DNA from: Gemmatimonadota bacterium
GTDB taxonomy: Bacteria > Gemmatimonadota > Gemmatimonadetes > Palauibacterales > Palauibacteraceae
Assembly: GCA_963666735.1 (NCBI GenBank)
Contig: OY762926.1
Coordinates: 1,248,001 to 1,312,000, forward strand
Direction of reading: 5' to 3'
Length of the DNA: 64,000 bases
The position numbers and the translations under genes were made by a program. The notes beneath the pieces were generated by a model. The model was given only the letters and a program-made list of their open reading frames with translations. It was not told the origin of the DNA and did no database searches. This document shows, piece after piece, positions 60,660 to 64,000 of the stretch (position 1 is the first letter of the stretch; each line of letters begins with the position of its first letter).

Positions 60660-61343
60660 TTAGCAGACGCCGCGCTCGCGAAGGCTGACGTAGGCCCGGT
60701 CGCCGAGGATGATGTGGTCGCGGACGGGGATGCCGAGGAGCCGGCCGCTCTCGACGAGTTGGCAGGTCACGGCGATGTCCTCGGGCGACGGTTCGGGCTC
60801 GCCGCTCGGGTGGTTGTGGGCGAGGATGACGGAGGCCGAGGCCGTGGCGATCGCCGGCGCGAATACTTCCCGCGGGTGGACGAGCGAGCTGTTCAGGAGC
60901 CCCACGGTGAGTCGCCGCTCGAGGAGAACCTGGCTTTGCGTATCGAGGTAGATGACCCAGAACTCTTCCTGCCGACGGTCGCGCAGCAGGGGGCCGAGGC
61001 GGCCGAACACGTCGGCGGGACTGCGGATGCGCGCACTGGCGCGGGCGGGTTCAGCCGCCTGGCGCCGCCCAAGCGCGAGCGCCGCGGCCACGGCGGCCGA
61101 ACGGGCGGGGCCAACTCCTCCGGTCCGCTCGAGTTCAGCCGGCTCCGCCCGCCCGATCTCGCGCAGCGAACCGCCGAAGTCCGCGAGCAGCCGCCCGGCG
61201 ACATCCACGGCCGAGCGGCCCGCCGCGCCCGCGCCGAGCACGACGGCGAGCAGTTCCGTCGTCGAGAGCGCGTCGGGGCTGAAGCGGCGGAGCCGCTCCC
61301 GCGGACGTTCGCTGGCCGGGAGTTCGAGGATCTTGGGAGCCAT
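60660..61343 (-). CDS. radC: RadC/UPF0758 JAB-domain protein
   Basis: ERPRERL, ELLA, HhH GVGPA, VHPREVF, AHNHPSG...PS..D, DHII. Confidence 0.93.
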   Translation of the reverse strand: MAPKILELPASERPRERLRRFSPDALSTTELLAVVLGAGAAGRSAVDVAGRLLADFGGSLREIGRAEPAELERTGGVGPARSAAVAAALALGRRQAAEPARASARIRSPADVFGRLGPLLRDRRQEEFWVIYLDTQSQVLLERRLTVGLLNSSLVHPREVFAPAIATASASVILAHNHPSGEPEPSPEDIAVTCQLVESGRLLGIPVRDHIILGDRAYVSLRERGVC

Positions 61344-61512
61344 GCGTCATGTATCCGGGCGGCCATGAATCCCGTCTCAACTCCGGGGCAGCCTGCGCAT
61401 GTCGCTTGCGAGGTCGTGGCACAACCGTGCCGGGTCGCGCAAGTTTCGGAGCTGCCGGCCGGTGATCGGCCCGGCGGATGACTTGAAGCCCCGAAGTCCC
61501 AATGGAGGTTCC

Positions 61513-62316
61513 ATGAAATCAGTCCCGCGCGGTGTCGGCGCCGCCACCATCGCCCTCGCCTTCGCTCTCCCCGTGAGCGGGCAGACGCTTCTGCGACTCG
61601 CCCCGCCCGAGGGTCAGGTGAGTCGCTACGCGTTCTCCGTGGAAATGACCATGGAGAATCCCATGATTCCGACTACGGGCCCCCTCATGACGTTGCGCGG
61701 CGTGCAGACGCAAACCATCCTCGGCGCCGCGGAAGAGGTCATTCGCACCCGCACGGCGTTCGACTCGGCCGAAATGACGGTGGGCGTGCCCGGCGCCGGC
61801 CCGCTGCCGGATATTTCGGGAAGCGCGTTTTCGATCGACATGGACCCGCGCGGCCGCATGTTGAACATCTCTGCGGATGCCACCCCGGACGGCGGGGGGC
61901 AGGAGATGGTACAGTCCCTTCTGGAGGGCTCGGATTACTACTGGCTGCCCGAGACCGAGGTCGCCGCGGGGGATACCTGGACGCAGAGCGTGGCGGTCCC
62001 GATGGTTGCACCCATGATCCCCTCCGGCCCGGCGGGCCCCGCGGAGAGCATGGAGGTGGAATTCACCTACACGCTCGCCGGCCTGGAGGATGGCCGGGCA
62101 ACGATCACCTTTGCGGGCCCGGTCGAGTCCAGTCTCAACATGGGGGGGGTGACGGCGAGTTTCAGCGGGGAGCTGAGCGGGTCCATGGCCGTGGATCTGA
62201 CCGCGGGCCGATACGTGCGCCAGGAGAGCCGGGCGAACCTCGAAGTCGTGATGGCGGGAATGGCCACTCCCATGGAGACGACCATGATCCTCGAACTTCT
62301 CACCGATTCGCCCTAG
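61513..62316 (+). CDS. Hypothetical exported protein
   Basis: GGAGG RBS, signal peptide ending VSG-Q, LPE..V..GDTW motif, high GC3. Confidence 0.75.
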   Translation: MKSVPRGVGAATIALAFALPVSGQTLLRLAPPEGQVSRYAFSVEMTMENPMIPTTGPLMTLRGVQTQTILGAAEEVIRTRTAFDSAEMTVGVPGAGPLPDISGSAFSIDMDPRGRMLNISADATPDGGGQEMVQSLLEGSDYYWLPETEVAAGDTWTQSVAVPMVAPMIPSGPAGPAESMEVEFTYTLAGLEDGRATITFAGPVESSLNMGGVTASFSGELSGSMAVDLTAGRYVRQESRANLEVVMAGMATPMETTMILELLTDSP

Positions 62317-64000
62317 CGAGCCCTGGTCGGCAGCGCGATGCGGGACGCGTGGATCGCGTTTCGCCGCACCGTCCACTCCGGGACGCTCTCGTCGCGGGGA
62401 TAGCGGAGGAAGGTGTCCGCGTCCGCGCCGGCGATGGCGACCCGGATGCGGTGGCCGGCCCGGAACAGCGCCGAGGTCGCCCACAGGTCGAAGCTCAGTT
62501 CCGCGACCTCCCCCGGCACGAGGGGGAGCGCGTCCGCGCGTGACTCGGTGCGGTGCGGTCCGTACTTGCGGTATAGCGGTGGAGCCTCCGTGACCGCGCG
62601 CATGACGCCGCGGAGCTGTCCCTCGGTGATGTACCGCACCGTTCCATCCGGAGCGACGTCTTCCAGGTAAACGATGAAGGCGCCATCCGTCTCGGTGGAC
62701 GCCAGGTGCAGCGTGACGACGGGGTGGCCGGTGACTTCGGTATCGACCCGCAGCGGAGCGCTGGTGTAGGTCAGCAGCTTCCCGTCCTCCGCGCGGCGGT
62801 CCCCGTACACGACGTCGCCGCCCCCGCCGTTCGTGTACCAGCGGTTGCGGGTCCCCGTCGTGGCGGTGAAATCGACGGTGTAGGCGTCCTCCCCCGCTTG
62901 CGAGGCGGGAGCTTCCGTCGACAGCGTGCCTCCCTCGCGGAAGTACCACGTCACGTCGTCAAAGCCCTCCGGCGGCCAGCGCTCCGTCCGCGTCCAGCGG
63001 TCGGCGCCCATGGTGTAGTAGTGGATCTCGGTCGGGGTCTCCCCGGACCCGTCCTCCTTCAGGTGCGCGTCGAAGAACGCCACGAGTGCCTCGAACCGTG
63101 CGTCCGCGCCGGGGTCGACGGGCGTGTCGTCCGCCTTGAAGGGGTCGGTGTCGTTGCGGGCCCCGTGGTCCCATGGGCCGATGTAGACCTGCTGGGCGTT
63201 GGAAATCGTGTTGTAGCGGCCGAGGGCGCCGTTCACCGTGGCGGCGTCCTGCCAGCCCACGCGGATGAACATGGCCACGCCGGACTCTTCGATCTGCGGC
63301 AGATGGCCGGAGGGACTGCGGCGGTGCCCGACGTTCGTCTCGCCGTAGGGGCCGAAGGGGTCGTCCCGGAACTCGTACTCCAGCGCCGCCTCGAAGGGCA
63401 CGGTATTGGCCCGGTGCTCCGCGACCGCAGCCGCGAGCAGCGACCCATTGATGTCCGCGTCGACGGGCTTGACGCCGGTGACCCGGCTCCGCGCCTCGTC
63501 GCAGGCGGCCCCCATCGCGTCGGACAGGCCGCAGATGTCGTTCAGGTCCTGCATACGCGTGCGGTTCGACCAGTCCTCGAGGAAGCCGACCGTGAGGACC
63601 CCTCCGGGAAAGATGAGGTGGCCGAAGTTGTCGAAGTCGTTGAAGAGGGGCGCGACCGCCTTCACGGCGGGGCTGCGATTCACGGCCAGCATCTCTGCCG
63701 TGTTCCCGGCGTAGGAGACCCCGTAGGCGCCCACGCGCCCGTTCGACCAGGGCTGGTCCGCAATCCAGTCCGCGACCTCCCCGTAGTCCGTGACCTCGTC
63801 TTCGGCGAGTTCGAAGCGGCGGATCCCGAACGAGGCCCCGCTGCCCCGCCCATCCACGAGGATGAGGGCGTATCCGGCCCGGTTCCAACGTTCGGCCTCC
63901 GCGAAGTTCGAGGCCTCCTCAAGGGGGACGCCGACCTCGCCGCGGGCGCGCCAGTAACGGGTCGCTCGCATCATGGCCGGGAGCCGGTCCCCCGGCTGGA
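62313..64000 (-). CDS. CocE/NonD family serine hydrolase (5' end outside the window)
   Basis: TRYWR, D.RGSGASFG, QPWSNGRVG.YG.SYAG, IGPWDH, PepX_C-like C-terminus. Confidence 0.9.
   Translation of the reverse strand, partial: QPGDRLPAMMRATRYWRARGEVGVPLEEASNFAEAERWNRAGYALILVDGRGSGASFGIRRFELAEDEVTDYGEVADWIADQPWSNGRVGAYGVSYAGNTAEMLAVNRSPAVKAVAPLFNDFDNFGHLIFPGGVLTVGFLEDWSNRTRMQDLNDICGLSDAMGAACDEARSRVTGVKPVDADINGSLLAAAVAEHRANTVPFEAALEYEFRDDPFGPYGETNVGHRRSPSGHLPQIEESGVAMFIRVGWQDAATVNGALGRYNTISNAQQVYIGPWDHGARNDTDPFKADDTPVDPGADARFEALVAFFDAHLKEDGSGETPTEIHYYTMGADRWTRTERWPPEGFDDVTWYFREGGTLSTEAPASQAGEDAYTVDFTATTGTRNRWYTNGGGGDVVYGDRRAEDGKLLTYTSAPLRVDTEVTGHPVVTLHLASTETDGAFIVYLEDVAPDGTVRYITEGQLRGVMRAVTEAPPLYRKYGPHRTESRADALPLVPGEVAELSFDLWATSALFRAGHRIRVAIAGADADTFLRYPRDESVPEWTVRRNAIHASRIALPTRAR

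Noticed and set aside
60660..61343. radC as a marker of a mobile element
   Set aside because: Full-length chromosomal type with an N-terminal HhH region and housekeeping neighbours

Overview
High-GC bacterial chromosome segment. The gene content and order resemble Gemmatimonadota (inference only). Positions ~1-15.4 kb form a defence island: (i) a tRNA-like RNA with an expanded anticodon arm; (ii) a type I-G (I-U) CRISPR effector operon on + (csb1/cas7, csb2, cas3 with C-terminal HD, short csb3/cas8) followed by an extra stand-alone Csb2-C-terminal/Cas6-like gene; (iii) a convergent minus-strand block of restriction endonuclease, frameshifted N6-adenine-type methyltransferase, MNT-HEPN toxin-antitoxin, cas4-cas1 fusion, cas2, leader and a 30-repeat/29-spacer array. 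One spacer reads like an IS1595 transposase motif. The R-M cassette lies between the 3' end of a class V aminotransferase gene and a decayed copy of that same 3' end. The rest (~15.5-64 kb) is mostly minus-strand housekeeping genes: menaquinone (menF/D/B/A/E), HDAC-family deacetylase, TonB receptor, lnt, hemL, rimO, lolA, ftsK, accBC, efp, aminopeptidase P, aroQ, ppiD, tatAC, lptD, nrdR, tol-pal, hemA, ssb, rimI/tsaB/tsaE, uvrB, rel, radC and a CocE/NonD hydrolase. It also holds a truncated comB-like gene, a MITE-like element and two apparent CTG starts. All calls come from reading motifs by eye; no database searches were run.
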